Part shown: positions 46,921 through 58,510 of the stretch, in pieces
How the letters are laid out: every line of letters begins with the position of its first letter
Numbering within the stretch: the stretch's first letter is position 1
DNA from: Macrostomum lignano
Lineage: Eukaryota
Assembly: GCA_002269645.1 (NCBI GenBank)
Contig: NIVC01003679.1
Span: 19,187-83,186 of the forward strand
DNA: 64,000 nucleotides
Direction: 5' to 3'
Made by a program: the position numbers and the translations under genes
Notes under the pieces: generated by a model
What the model was told of the DNA's origin: nothing
Seen by the model: the letters and a program-made list of their open reading frames with translations, nothing else
The model's database searches: none

Positions 46921-49054
46921 TCACCGCAGTCTCGCCAGCTGCAGCCTCCCGCTGCGGCACCCGACGGCCAGCCGTCCATCCTCAGCCGCGGCCATGCTGT
47001 ACACCGCCGAGTCCAGCTCCAGCCGGGCCAGCGGCTCCGGCGACGTCTCGCTGGTCACCGCGGCGGGCCATACAGTCAGGCAGCGGCTGAGAGCGCCGGC
47101 CGAGGCCACGGTGGATTTGGCGGTGAACCGGGCGCAGTAGACGTGGTCGGCTGGCCAGCTGGTGAGGGGGGCCTCGCACTGCCTGGCGTCCCAAAGCTGT
47201 AGAGCCGAGCCGGCGCGGTAGGAGCCTGCGGAGCGAATGGTTGGCATGGTTTCAGGGCTGCCAGCACAGTCAGAGGTAATCCCATGTTCACAATCAAATA
47301 TTCGAGAATCCCTGCCAAAGACTGCGTGAATTCACTCAAAGACTCGAGGAATTTAACCAGAGTCAGGAATCCCTAACAGTGACTCGGGAATCCCCAGCCG
47401 CAGACTCGGAGAATCCCCAGTCACAAACTCGGGGAGTGGGGAATCCCCAGTCGCAAAGTCGGTAAGTGGGGAATTCCCAGTCGTAAACTCTGGGAATCCT
47501 AGTCAAACTGGGGAAATCCCCAGTCACAGACTTGGGGAATCCCCAATCGCAGATCGGGAATCCCCAATCGCAGACTCGGGAATCCCCAATCGCAGACTCT
47601 GGGAATCCCCAATCGCAGACTCTGGGAATCCCCAATCGCAGACTCGGGAATCCCCAATCGCAGACTCTGAGAGACCGTAGCTCACCAGTGAGCACGCGGT
47701 CGCCTTTCACGTCGAGCCCGTCTGGACAGCAGATGTGTGGCCCGGACAGGCGCCTGACGGGTCGCCGCTGGCCAGCGGAGGTCCCAAAACTTGACGCAGT
47801 CGTCCCAGCCGAGGTCAGCAGAAGGCCGTCGGCGTTGAACCTGGCGGCGAACAGGCGAGTGGCGTGGCCTTCGGGACAATCGGGGTCGAGATCCCGGTAG
47901 CCGCTGTACTGCCGGACGGGCTGGCAGGTGCGCAGGTCGTAAACTCGGACGCTGCAGTCCGAGCCAACCGTGGCCAGGTGCTCGTCCGAGGTGTCCACTG
48001 CTGACAGATGGTTGCCCCGCTCGGTGACGACGGTGCTGAAGCCCGGGCTGCTCCAGTCGGCCTTGTAAACGTAGCCGGAAGTGGCGGCGGCCAGGATGAC
48101 GTCGGGGTGGCTGCGGATCTGCGGGAAATGCCATTTTATGACAGCATCATCACAGCATCAGCATCATTACAGCATATTACAGCATATTACAGCATATTAC
48201 AGCATATTAAAGCATTATTACAGCATATTACAGCATATTACAGCATATTACAGCATCATTACAGCATATACAGCATATTACAGCATCATTACAGCATATT
48301 ACAGCATATTACAGCATCATTACAGCATCATCACAGCATCATTACAGCATCGTCGCAGCAAATTACAGCATCATTACAGCATCATTACATCATCCATTAC
48401 AGCATCATTACAGCATCATCACAGCATCATTACAGCATCGTCGCAGCAAATTACAGCATCATCACAGCATCATTACAGCATCGTCGCAGTAAATTACAGC
48501 ATCATCACAGCATCATTACAGCATATCAACACATTACAGCATCATCACAGCATCATTACAGCATCATTACAGCATCATCACAGCATCATTACAGCATCGT
48601 CGCAGCAAATTACAGCATCATCACAGCATCGCATCGCAGCAAATTACAGCATCATCACAGCATCATTACAGCATCGTCGCAGCAAATTACAGCATATTAC
48701 AGCCCGAAGCTCATCGAGTCCGCAATCGCCCGCCCTCACCCCGCGCACGCAGGCCACCGCCAGCCCGCCAAATGGCTGGTTCTGCTTCACCGTCACCGCC
48801 TCGGCCAGAACGGCCGCCTCGCCGCCCGCCGCGAAGTCAGCCGCCAGGCAGCGAATGCCTTCGGAGCCGGTGCCCAGCACCAGCCGACGGTCGCCGTCAA
48901 CGTAGCAGAGGGCGAACAGGCCTTCGTCCTCTGGGGAGCCGGCGATGGACGGCCCAGCCTCCAGCCGGACGGGACCCCGGGGCTGGTGATGCGGCTGCCC
49001 GGCCGAGATTCTGTGCCCAGCCTGCAGTGCGTCTTCCAGATGCTTCTTTGACAT
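46921..49054 (-). CDS. WD40-repeat protein (~347 aa), with an apparent compensating double frameshift in exon 2
   Basis: Exons 49054-48749 (alternative donor near 48740), 48118-47686 and 47225-46921. WD motifs LATVGSDCSVRVYDLR, GHATRLFAARF, (G)WDDCVKFWDLR, GPHICCPDGLDVKGDRVLTGSYR and LQLWDAR. Confidence 0.82.
47368..47670 (+). repeat. ~21-bp minisatellite (GGGAATCCCCAATCGCAGACT)n in WD40 intron 2
   Basis: About 13 copies. Confidence 0.9.
48138..48702 (+). repeat. CATTACAGCAT-based composite repeat in WD40 intron 1
   Basis: Mixed 11-14-bp units. Confidence 0.92.
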
Positions 49055-49669
49055 TTCCTGGCTTGCTTGAGTGTTTCTTTTGCCTGGGTCGCTTCTAGCG
49101 GTCTGGCTTCTATACACACGCATACTCTCTCTCCTTTCTTGCCTGCCTCCAAGTTGGAGCGGTGAGTACAGGTGGGGTGGGGCTTGTTAAACTGAGTAAA
49201 TGTACACCGGCTCCCTTGCCCCACTTTTTGAGGGGCTGATGTGCGCGAGTGACTATCCAGCACTGGCTCTTCCAGTGCCCACCTGCTATCACGTGACTGA
49301 GCAATTTCATTACCAACCCCAGCTCAGCCAGTCCTCATGCCTGGCTCAAGTGGAATTGGATTTGCGACTCAAATTTTACTGTATGCAACCGGGTATCTTG
49401 CGAAGTCTCTGGTGGATTTGCGGATCTCCATCTCGCAGATGAAGGCAATTAAAATCAGGGATCCGTGCGGTGCCTCATCTATAATTCCAGCTCTTACGTA
49501 GCGTGCAGGGCTGCGCGTGATTCCGAGACACTTTATAATTCTCGTCAAAGCCTCAGGCCAGTGCTTAAATTGTACGAGCCTGCAATACGAGCGTACATTC
49601 TGTGCAGGTGTTCAACTGACATCTTTCGGGAAATCTGCACTTTTCTGGGCAGCTTCACAAACTATAATC

Positions 49670-52130
49670 TTCCCAAACTATAATCTTCACAACTATAATC
49701 TTCACAAACTATAATCTTCACAAACTATAATCTTCACAAACTATAATCTTCACAAACTATAAAATCTTCACAAACTAGAATCTTCACAAACTATAATCTT
49801 CACAAACTATAATCTTCACAAACTATAATCTTCACAGCTATAATCTTCACAAACTATAAAAATCTTCACAAACTATAATCTTCACAAACTATAATCTTCA
49901 CAAACTATAATCTTCACAAACTATAATCTTCACAAACTATAATCTTCACAAACTATAATCTTCACAAACTATAATCTTCACAAACTATAATCTTCACAAA
50001 CTATAATCTTCACAAACTATAATCTTCACAAACTATAATCTTCACAAACTATAATCTTCACAAACTATAATCTTCACAATATAATCTTCACAAACTATAA
50101 TCTTCACAAACTATAATCTTCACAAACTATAATCTTCACAAACTATAATCTTCACAAACTATAATCTTCACAAACTATAATCTTCACAAACTATAATCTT
50201 CAAAACTATAATCTTCACAAACTATAATCTTCACAAACTATAATCTTCACAAACTATAATCTTCACAAACTATAATCTTCACAAACTATAATCTTCACAA
50301 ACTATAATCTAAACTCTTCAAAAACTTCAGAATCTTCAAACTAAATCTTCACAAACTAGAATCTTCACAAACTAATGTATCTCACAAACTATAGAATTTT
50401 CACAAACTAGAAGTGGTATGTCATCACAAACTAGAACTATATTTACAAACTATAAGATTCACCAGCTATAATCTTTACAAGCTAAAATCTTCAGAAACTA
50501 GATTCTTTACAAAGATCTCAGGCAGTATTCTAATTACAAGATTCCAATTTGTGAAGATTCTAGTTTTTGAAGATTCTAGTTGGTGAATATTCTAGTTTTT
50601 GAAGATTCTAGTTGGTGAATATTCTAGTTTTTGAAGATTCTAGTTGCTTCTAGTTGGTGAAGATTCTAGTTGGTGAAGATTCTAGTTTGTGAGGATTCTA
50701 TAGTTTGTGAAGACTCTAGTTTGTGAGGATTCTATAGTTTGTGAAGATTCTAGTTTGTGAGGATTCTATAGTTTGTGAAGATTCTAGTTTTTAAAGATTC
50801 TAGTTGGTGAAGATTCTAGTTTGTGAAGATTCTAGTTTGTGAGGATTCTATAGTTTGTGAAGACTCTAGTTTGTGAAGATTCTAGTTTGTGAGGATTCTA
50901 TAGTTTGTGAAGATTCTAGTTTTTGAAGATTCTAGTTTTTGAAGATTCTAGTTGGTGAAGATTCTAGTTTGTGAAGATTCTAGTTTGTGAAGATTCTAGT
51001 TGGTGAAGTTCTAGAAGATTCTAGTTGTGAAGATTCTAGTAAGTTCTAGTTGTGAAGATTCTAGTTTGTGAAGATTCTAGTTTGTGAAGATTCTAGTTTG
51101 TGAAGATTCTAGTTTGTGAAGATTCTAGTTTGTGAAGATTCTAGTTTGTGAAGATTCTAGTTTGTGAAGATTATAGTTTGTGAAGATTCTAGTTTGTGAA
51201 GATTCTAGTTTGTGAAGATTCTAGTTTGTGAGGATTCTAGTTTGTGAAGATTCTAGTTTGTGAGGATTCTAGTTTGTGAAGATTAGTTTGTGACATTCTA
51301 GTTTGTGAAGATTCTAGTTTGTGAAGATTCTAGTTTGTGAAGATTCTAGTTTGTGAAGATTCTAGTTTGTGAAGATTCTAGTTTGTGAAGATTCTAGTTT
51401 GTGAAGATTCTAGTTTGTGAAGATTCTAGTTTGTGAAGATTCTAGTTTGTGAAGATTCTAGTTTGTGAGGATTCTATAGTTTGTGAAGATTCTAGTTTGT
51501 GAAGATTCTATAGTTTGTGAAGATTCTAGTTTGTGAAGATTCTAGTTTGTGAAGATTCTAGTTTGTGAAGATTCTAGTTTGTGAAGATTCTAGTTTGTGA
51601 AGATTCTAGTTGTGAAGATTCTAGTTGGTGAAGATTCTAGTTTTTGGTTGGTGAAGATTCTAGTTTGTGAAGATTCTATAGTTTGTGAAGATTCTAGTTT
51701 GTGAGGATTCTAGTTTGTGAGGATTCTATAGTTTGTGAAGATTCTAGTTTTTGAAGATTCTAGTTGGTGAAGATTCTAGTTGGTGAAGATTCTAGTTTGT
51801 GAAGATTCTAGTTTGTGAAGATTCTAGTTTGTGAAGATTCTATGGTTTGTGAGGATTCTAGTTTGTGAAGATTCTAGTTTGTGAGGATTCTATAGTTTGT
51901 GAAGACTCTAGAAGATTCTAGTTTGTGAAGATTCTAGTTTGTGAAGATTCTAGTTTGTGAGGATTCTATAGTTTGTGAAGATTCTAGTTTGTGAGGATTC
52001 TATAGTTTTTGAAGATTCTAGTTTTTGAAGATTCTAGTTTGTGAAGATTCTAGTTTGTGAAGATTCTAGTTTGTGAAGATTCTAGTTTGGGAAGATTCTA
52101 TGGTTTGTGAAGATTCCATAGCTTGTGAAT
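49670..52130. repeat. Two inverted arrays of a 16-bp satellite (CTATAATCTTCACAAA, then TTTGTGAAGATTCTAG)
   Basis: The left array runs to ~50500; the orientation flips near 50520-50550; the right array runs to ~52130. Confidence 0.93.
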
Positions 52131-52729
52131 ATTCTAGTAGATTCATCTAGTTGCCATAATTGTGGTTGGAACTTGCTTTCCAGATGGTCATCAGTGGCGT
52201 TCAGATGGAGAAATTTGATGCAATGAAGTGTTGAGAAGCCGAGCTGTCAGTCTTGTGATTGCAGTTTGCTGCGCAGCTATTTAAAAACACTGCGTTTGCA
52301 AAGTGTGTACAAATTAGAGTTTATTCATACACAGGCAAAATATGCAATAAACATAAGAGGGTTCATATCTGTTGCATGTTTACACCGCTGAGTTATCGGA
52401 TAAAAATATGTATATTATATAAAAATAATAAATATATAACATAGGAACAGATAAGCCGGAGGCAAAGTAAGGTGCGCGCAAGGCAGAAAAGGACCAGGGG
52501 GCAAATCAGACACAAAGCCGAACTGTAAGCATGTACCAGCCTAATTAATTGCACAGTCCGCTAGAGCCCTGCTAACTAGAGAGAGGTCTGACAGAGACAG
52601 AAATTGCGACTTGTTGCCAACAGAAGAAAAACGAGCTGCAAAGTTAAGAGGGAAACAAACCAGCTAAACTGAAGCTGAACGGGTCTGAATTTTAATACCA
52701 TAAATACTTGCTTGTTAAAAAAGAGCGGG

Positions 52730-54010
52730 CGGAGAGAGTGTGGCAAAGAGTGTGGCAGAGAGCGGAGAGATAGTGACAGAGGGTGGTGGGAGTGTGACAG
52801 AGGGCTGAGAGAGCGGGGCAGAGGGCGGAGAGAGTGTGACAGAGGGCGGAGAGAGAGAGTGACAGAGAGCGGAGAGAGTGACAGAGGGCGGAGAGAGTGT
52901 GACAGAGGGCGGAGAGAGTGTGACAGAGGGCGGAGAGAGAGAGTGACAGAGAGCGGAGAGAGTGACAGAGAGCGGAGAGAGTGACAGAGGGCGGAGAGAG
53001 TGGGGCAGAGGGCGGAGAGAGAGAGTGACAGAGAGCGGAGAGAGAGTGACAGAGCGGAGAGAGTGTGACAGAGGGCGGAGAGAGTGGGGCAGAGGGTGGA
53101 GAGAGAGTGACAGAGAGCGGAGAGAGTGTGACAGTGAGCGGAGAGAGTGTGACAGAGAGCGGAGAGAGAGTGACAGAGAGCGGAGAGAGTGTGACAAAGA
53201 GCGGAGAGAGTGTGACAGAGAGCGGAGAGAGAGTGACAGAGAGCGGAGAGAGAGTGACAGAGAGCGGAGAGAGTGTGACAAAGAGCGGAGAGAGAGAGAC
53301 AGAGAGCGGAGAGAGTGACAGAGAGCGGAGAGAGAGAGCGGACAGAGAGCGGAGAGAGTGACAGAGAGCGGAGAGAGAGTGACAGAGAGCGGAGAGAGTG
53401 ACAGAGAGCGGAGAGAGTGACAGTGAGAGAGAGCGGAGAGAGTGACAGAGAGCGGAGAGAGTGACAGAGAGCGGAGAGAGAGAGTGACAGAGAGCGGAGA
53501 GAGTGACAGAGAGCGGAGAGAGTGACAGAGAGCGGAGAGAGTGGGGCAGAGAGCGGAGAGAGCGTGACAGAGAGCGGAGAGAGAGAGAGCGGACAGAGAG
53601 CGGAGAGAGTGACAGAGAGCGGAGAGAGAGTGACAGAGAGCGGAGAGAGTGACAGAGAGCGGAGAGAGTGACAGAGAGCGGAGAGAGTGGGGCAGAGAGC
53701 GGAGAGAGTGACAGAGAGCGGAGAGTGGAGAGAGCGGAGAGAGTGTGGCAGAGAGCGGAGAGAGTGTGGCAGAGAGCGGAGGAGTGTGACAGAGAGCGGA
53801 GAGAGTGTGACAGAGCGGAGAGAGTGTGACAGAGCGGTGGAGAGAGTGTGGAGAGAGTGGGCAGAGAGCGGAGGAGAGTGTGACAGAGAGCGGAGAGAGT
53901 GACAGAGAGCGCGGAGAGAGAGTGACAGAGAGCGGACAGAGAGTGACAAAGAGCGGAGAGAGTGTGACAGTGAGCGAAGAGGCAGAAGGCGGAGAGAGTG
54001 ACAGGGCAGT
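52730..54010 (+). repeat. GA-rich 18-20-bp minisatellite (GAGAGCGGAGAGAGTGACA)n
   Basis: About 65 copies; source of the long spurious ORFs at 52576-54176. Confidence 0.93.
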
Positions 54011-54400
54011 GACAGAATTGGAGATTGAGAAGAGGATCGCAAGCAGAGGACAGGCAGCTCACAAAAGTCAGTGCGTGGGTCATATAAAAGCGCACAGAGC
54101 CGCAGAGACAAGTGCTGATATGCGAGTTTAGAATCCGTGAAGCAAACAATAAATCTGAGTAGCATTTATAAATCAACAGGTAAAAGAGCCTACAAAGAAG
54201 GAAAATATCATGGGCTAAGCACTGATTGCCAAAATTATATAGTCAAAAAGAAAAATAGAAATAAAATCAGAAATCTTCTAGGAGCAAACAAATCTGCAAG
54301 AGTTGCAGGATGAGCTGGCAGTTTGCAATCGGACAGCTTTACAGCCTGAGTTGCAGCTCAAACCCAAGTCGCCAGTCCAGTTGTTATCATGAAAAACTAT

Positions 54401-57022
54401 CTATCGATAACCATAGTAGTCCATGTACCTGTAGGAGTTTGCGGCCAGCAACGCGCTGGCCAGGGCCTGCGACTTGCGTGAGCGGCGCAGCGCCAGGCGA
54501 GTGATGCGCGCCCTCTGGCGCTCCAGCTTCTCCTCCTGGCGGCGCTGCTCTTCCTTCCTCTTGAGCCAGCTGGCGGGGTGGGGGGGTTCGGGATGGACTA
54601 GGATTCGAACTCTGGACTGTGCCACCAGCGCTTTTAACTCTGTGAACTAACCAGAGTAACTGACCTCAGGTTACCTTGAGGTGGCTAATTACAGATGGGT
54701 AACTTCAGGTGGGTAATCTCAGGTGGGTAACCTCAGGTGGGTAACCTCAGGTGGGTAACCTCAGGTGGGTAATCTCAGGTGGTTAACCTCAGGTGCGTAA
54801 CTTCAGGTGGGTAATCTCAGGTGGGTAACCTCAAGTGGGTAGCCTCAGGTGGGTAATCTCAGGTAGGGATTACGCAGCTGCTGGCGACTCGCCGAGACGT
54901 GTCAGCCCTCCAGGGGTCAGCAGAACGGGGGCTCCAGGACCTCCCTTGCTCCAGGCCCGCGACTCACCTCCTGAATGCCTTGCGACACTCCTCCGGCGAG
55001 TGGATCGCCTCAGGCGGCGGGTCTTCTTCCGTCCGCCGCCGCTGCTGCAGGTCGGCCTCGCGGCGGAGCTGCGCCCGCTTCGCCTCCAGCCAGCGCTCGA
55101 AGCTGACGCCGTCGCGCTCGGCCGCTGCGTCCCGGCGCCGATCAGTCTCGGCGCGGCGCGCCGCCTCCGCTCGGCGCTGCTCCGCCTCCGACTGTTGCCG
55201 CTTGCGGATCAGCCAGGCCTGGAAGGCGGCCTCGCTGTCCTCCGCCTTCGAGCCGCCGCCGCCGCCAGATGTTGAGGCGGACGACTTTCGCCCGCTGCCA
55301 CCGCGTTCCCGACGCTTCTTGGCCAGCCAGGCCTGGAAGGCGGCCTCGTTCTCCTCGCGGCTGTGCTGCTGCTGCGGCTGCTGCAGCTCGAGCCTCTGCT
55401 GCTCCTCCTGCTGCTGCTGCCTGCTGAAGGAGGCCTGCGGGGCGCTGGTCGGCCGAGCGGCCGCCTGCTGCCGGTTCTTCCGGCGCTGGGACTGCGGCTG
55501 CTGCTGCGCCTGCGGTTGCCGGCGGGACTCGGAGGCGGCGGCTGATTTCGGGCGCCGACTTGCCGGCCTGGGCGACGGCGAGTTCTTCGCCTCGAAGTCG
55601 GAGCTGTCGACGAACCGAATCCGACCGCCGTTTACAACGACAACCTTCTGTGATGCTTCTTTCTCTTGCTGCGGCTTCTGCTGTTGTTGCTGCTCAGCAG
55701 TGGTGGCGGGAGGCAATCTGGAAGGTGGTGCTTCATCAACATCGTCTTGGTTGGCGGCCGGTTGCGGCATTTCGCCCAGCCCGTCCGCATCGCCACTTTC
55801 TTGCTGCTGCTGCTGCTGCTGTTCCTCTTCACTGTCCTCCTCCTCGTCGCTCGTGTCCTCGTGCAGCTCACCAGCCGGCGGCTCGGGCTCGGGCGCCACG
55901 CTGACGAGATTCTCGCTGAAGCAGATTCGCGTCGGCCTACGCTGGGCCTCCATCTCTGGCAGCGGCTCGCTCTCCAGCTGGGCGTTCAGCTCGTCGATGC
56001 GCGCCCGGGTGACCTCGTAGTCCGGGGGCGGCTCTGCGGCCGGGCGGGTTGGAGGAGAATCGTTTGCGATGTGCAGCTTCACCTTTAATGATTAGCTTTT
56101 AACGTTTTCGGTTTAAATTCTCCGAAAATTGCCTTGGCCGTCATCATGGATTTTATGGTGAGGGGGCAAAGCCAAGAATTCTACCATGAATAAAGTCCTA
56201 TATTTTTTGGCGCCGCAGACACTCATTTCGGCGCCGCAGACACTCATTTCGGCGCCGCAGACACTCATTTCGGCGCCGCAGACACTCATTTCGGCGCCGC
56301 AGACACTCATTTCGGCGCCGCAGACACTCATTTCGGCGCCGCAGACACTCATTTCGGCGCCGCAGACGATTATTGCGGCGCCCTGAAGCAAAATTGTTGA
56401 TTTCCATAACGGGGTCACAAGGTGGGGCGGAGGGGACAAACCATTGGCATGTCCCCCATAGCTTTCACTTGGGGGACATCTCCCCCTGTCCCTTGTGGCG
56501 ACGCCCCTGACTATTTCTTGGAATTACACTGAGAGGATATGGAAACTGCCGTGCCTCTCTGTTTAACGTTCTCAAAATACTTGAAAAAAGCTTCCACGAG
56601 TACATCAAGGAGCTGAGTAGCTCACAGCAGTAATGCAACGGGTTTGTCTTGCATCTCGTGCCCATGAGGGCCAACCCCTCAAAGCTGAAGCTGAAAATCA
56701 TATCTAATTCTAGTTTTGCTACCGCTATGATCCTGCTCGACCTCTGCTCGAGACCGGATCGACTCGCAGACTCACCCATGAGCAGCTGCAAGAACTCCGC
56801 GTCCTTTTCCTCTGCAATGCGGAATTGCGGGGTGCGGGGCGGCGGTGCTCAAAATGCGATGAAAATCTTAAAAAATTCAAATGTAAGTCGCACGCAGCCA
56901 AGGAAGCGCTACTCACCGTTCCAGTCCTCCGGCCTGGTGCTCTGCAGCCGCTCGAGCTCCGCCATGGCGGCGCGCTGATCGTCTCGCATGCCGAAGTCGT
57001 CGGACTCTCCGGTCTGCGGCAT
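54401..57022 (-). CDS. CCDC181: Coiled-coil domain-containing protein 181-like (~496 aa)
   Basis: Main exon 56082-54968 and last exon 54569-54401 are in frame. Repeated AFxxWLxxK motifs (ENEAAFQAWLAKK, SEAAFQAWLIRK, SFERWLEAK, KAFRSWLKRK), RARIDELNAQL..ICFSENLV and VVVNGGRIRF resemble CCDC181 as I recall it. The 5' exons 57022-56917, 56811-56776 and 56690-56626 are tentative. Confidence 0.8.
54660..54866 (+). repeat. 14-bp minisatellite (CTCAGGTGGGTAAC)n in the last CCDC181 intron
   Basis: About 13 copies. Confidence 0.9.
56208..56367 (+). repeat. 21-bp minisatellite (CGGCGCCGCAGACACTCATTT)n in a CCDC181 intron
   Basis: About 7.5 perfect copies. Confidence 0.93.
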
Positions 57023-58510
57023 GCCTGCCGATGGGGGCGGCTGCTGGGGCTCGGCGGTCTGGAATATGTTTTGGTTAAAAAACAGTTCAAAAAATTGATT
57101 TTGAGCTGAAATTTCAATATCAAAACAATGTGTTAGTCACTTTGCTATAATTTACAATAACCTTCTGGACTCAACAGATAACAGATTACCAAGTTCTAGA
57201 TGGTATTTTTAAGAATAAAAAAAGTTTTATCTGTTCTGCAATGTTTACTTGAAAAAATTATTACCTAAATAATAAAAAAAGACTTCAATGATATTTTCTT
57301 TAAACTGATAGCAAATAATTTATCTAATTGTTTATTCATATCTCGTAAGTAATATAAGTAATATTTTAATATTTTTTGCTAAAGTTTTCTAGTAAAAAAA
57401 GAACACTATGTACAGGAGTAAATATACATATATATATATATATGTGAAATCCATTCAATGACATGGCAGTGAATCAGCACTCAGAATATTTAATAGACAT
57501 CTGATTGGACTTAGTCACTGGAAATTATTATAAGAACAAAATATTTAGAAAATTGATAGATCAACATATTTGTTATTTAGAATTACAGCTTTGCTTTCAT
57601 CCTAGCTTCAAAGTCTGTTCTTTTTGTTGTAATAAGGTACTGTCTCGAATTAAAAAATGCACACCTATTATATTTTTATTTTATTCTACTCGTATTATAT
57701 TCACCTAATCAAAACTAGTATAAAACTATTTATTAAGCATAGATGAAGATCAATGAGTGATTGCAATCGTACTGCAGTGAAAAATCCTTTGAATCCCTAT
57801 GACTACTTGTCATTGACTTATTTGGCAGGTTTTCATTTAAAAGTGATGCCAACGCTATTATTTTAATGATAGTTTATTTGTATGTTATTAGTTTGTGCGT
57901 CATTTTTGTTGCATTTTTTAAAAAATGCCAACAACAAGAAGTAAGCTACCAGCAAGAAAGCATTCAATAGTGCAAAAATGTTTTCAGAGCAGTGCACACC
58001 CTTTGCAAAATTAGCTCATTTTTCAACGTTAAATATGTCTCTGCATAGTTAAACAAATTACCATGACAACAATCGTTGTTCCGGTGTTGCGTAAAATTAG
58101 TTCCTTTTTAAAAGCTATTCAAAAAGCCATAAGAGTTAACTTATCAGTTTTCATTCCATTAAGGTAAAGACTATCTCAACAAATTTATCAAAAAAGTTAA
58201 AATAAACAGACAATATCATTTTTAGTAAAAATTTATACAGCTCTGACCCAAATTAATGTACATGTATAACAAGCAATTTTATCAGCACACAGAATGTTTG
58301 AGTATTTAGCCGCTAAAATGTAACAGAGCGATGCTTTGAAGAAAAGCCATACGTATTTTAACTGTGTTTTGGCTTCTCGGTTGGATTAAAGATCATAAAG
58401 CGCTTTAATTATATCTGAGTCCTCAAAAAACTAAATTCTTAGTCTCATAAATATTGGCGCATTAAGAAACAGCGCTCACTGTTTTACCGTACATTTTTTC
58501 TCAAAACTAT

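Noticed and set aside
48008-49051. 347-aa plus-strand ORF
   Set aside because: Composite of intronic repeat and antisense WD40 exons.
52576-54176. 529-aa and 494-aa ORFs
   Set aside because: They are translations of the GA-rich minisatellite, open in several frames at once.
54899-56020. 373-aa plus-strand Cys/Ser-rich ORF
   Set aside because: Antisense to the CAG-rich CCDC181 exon.
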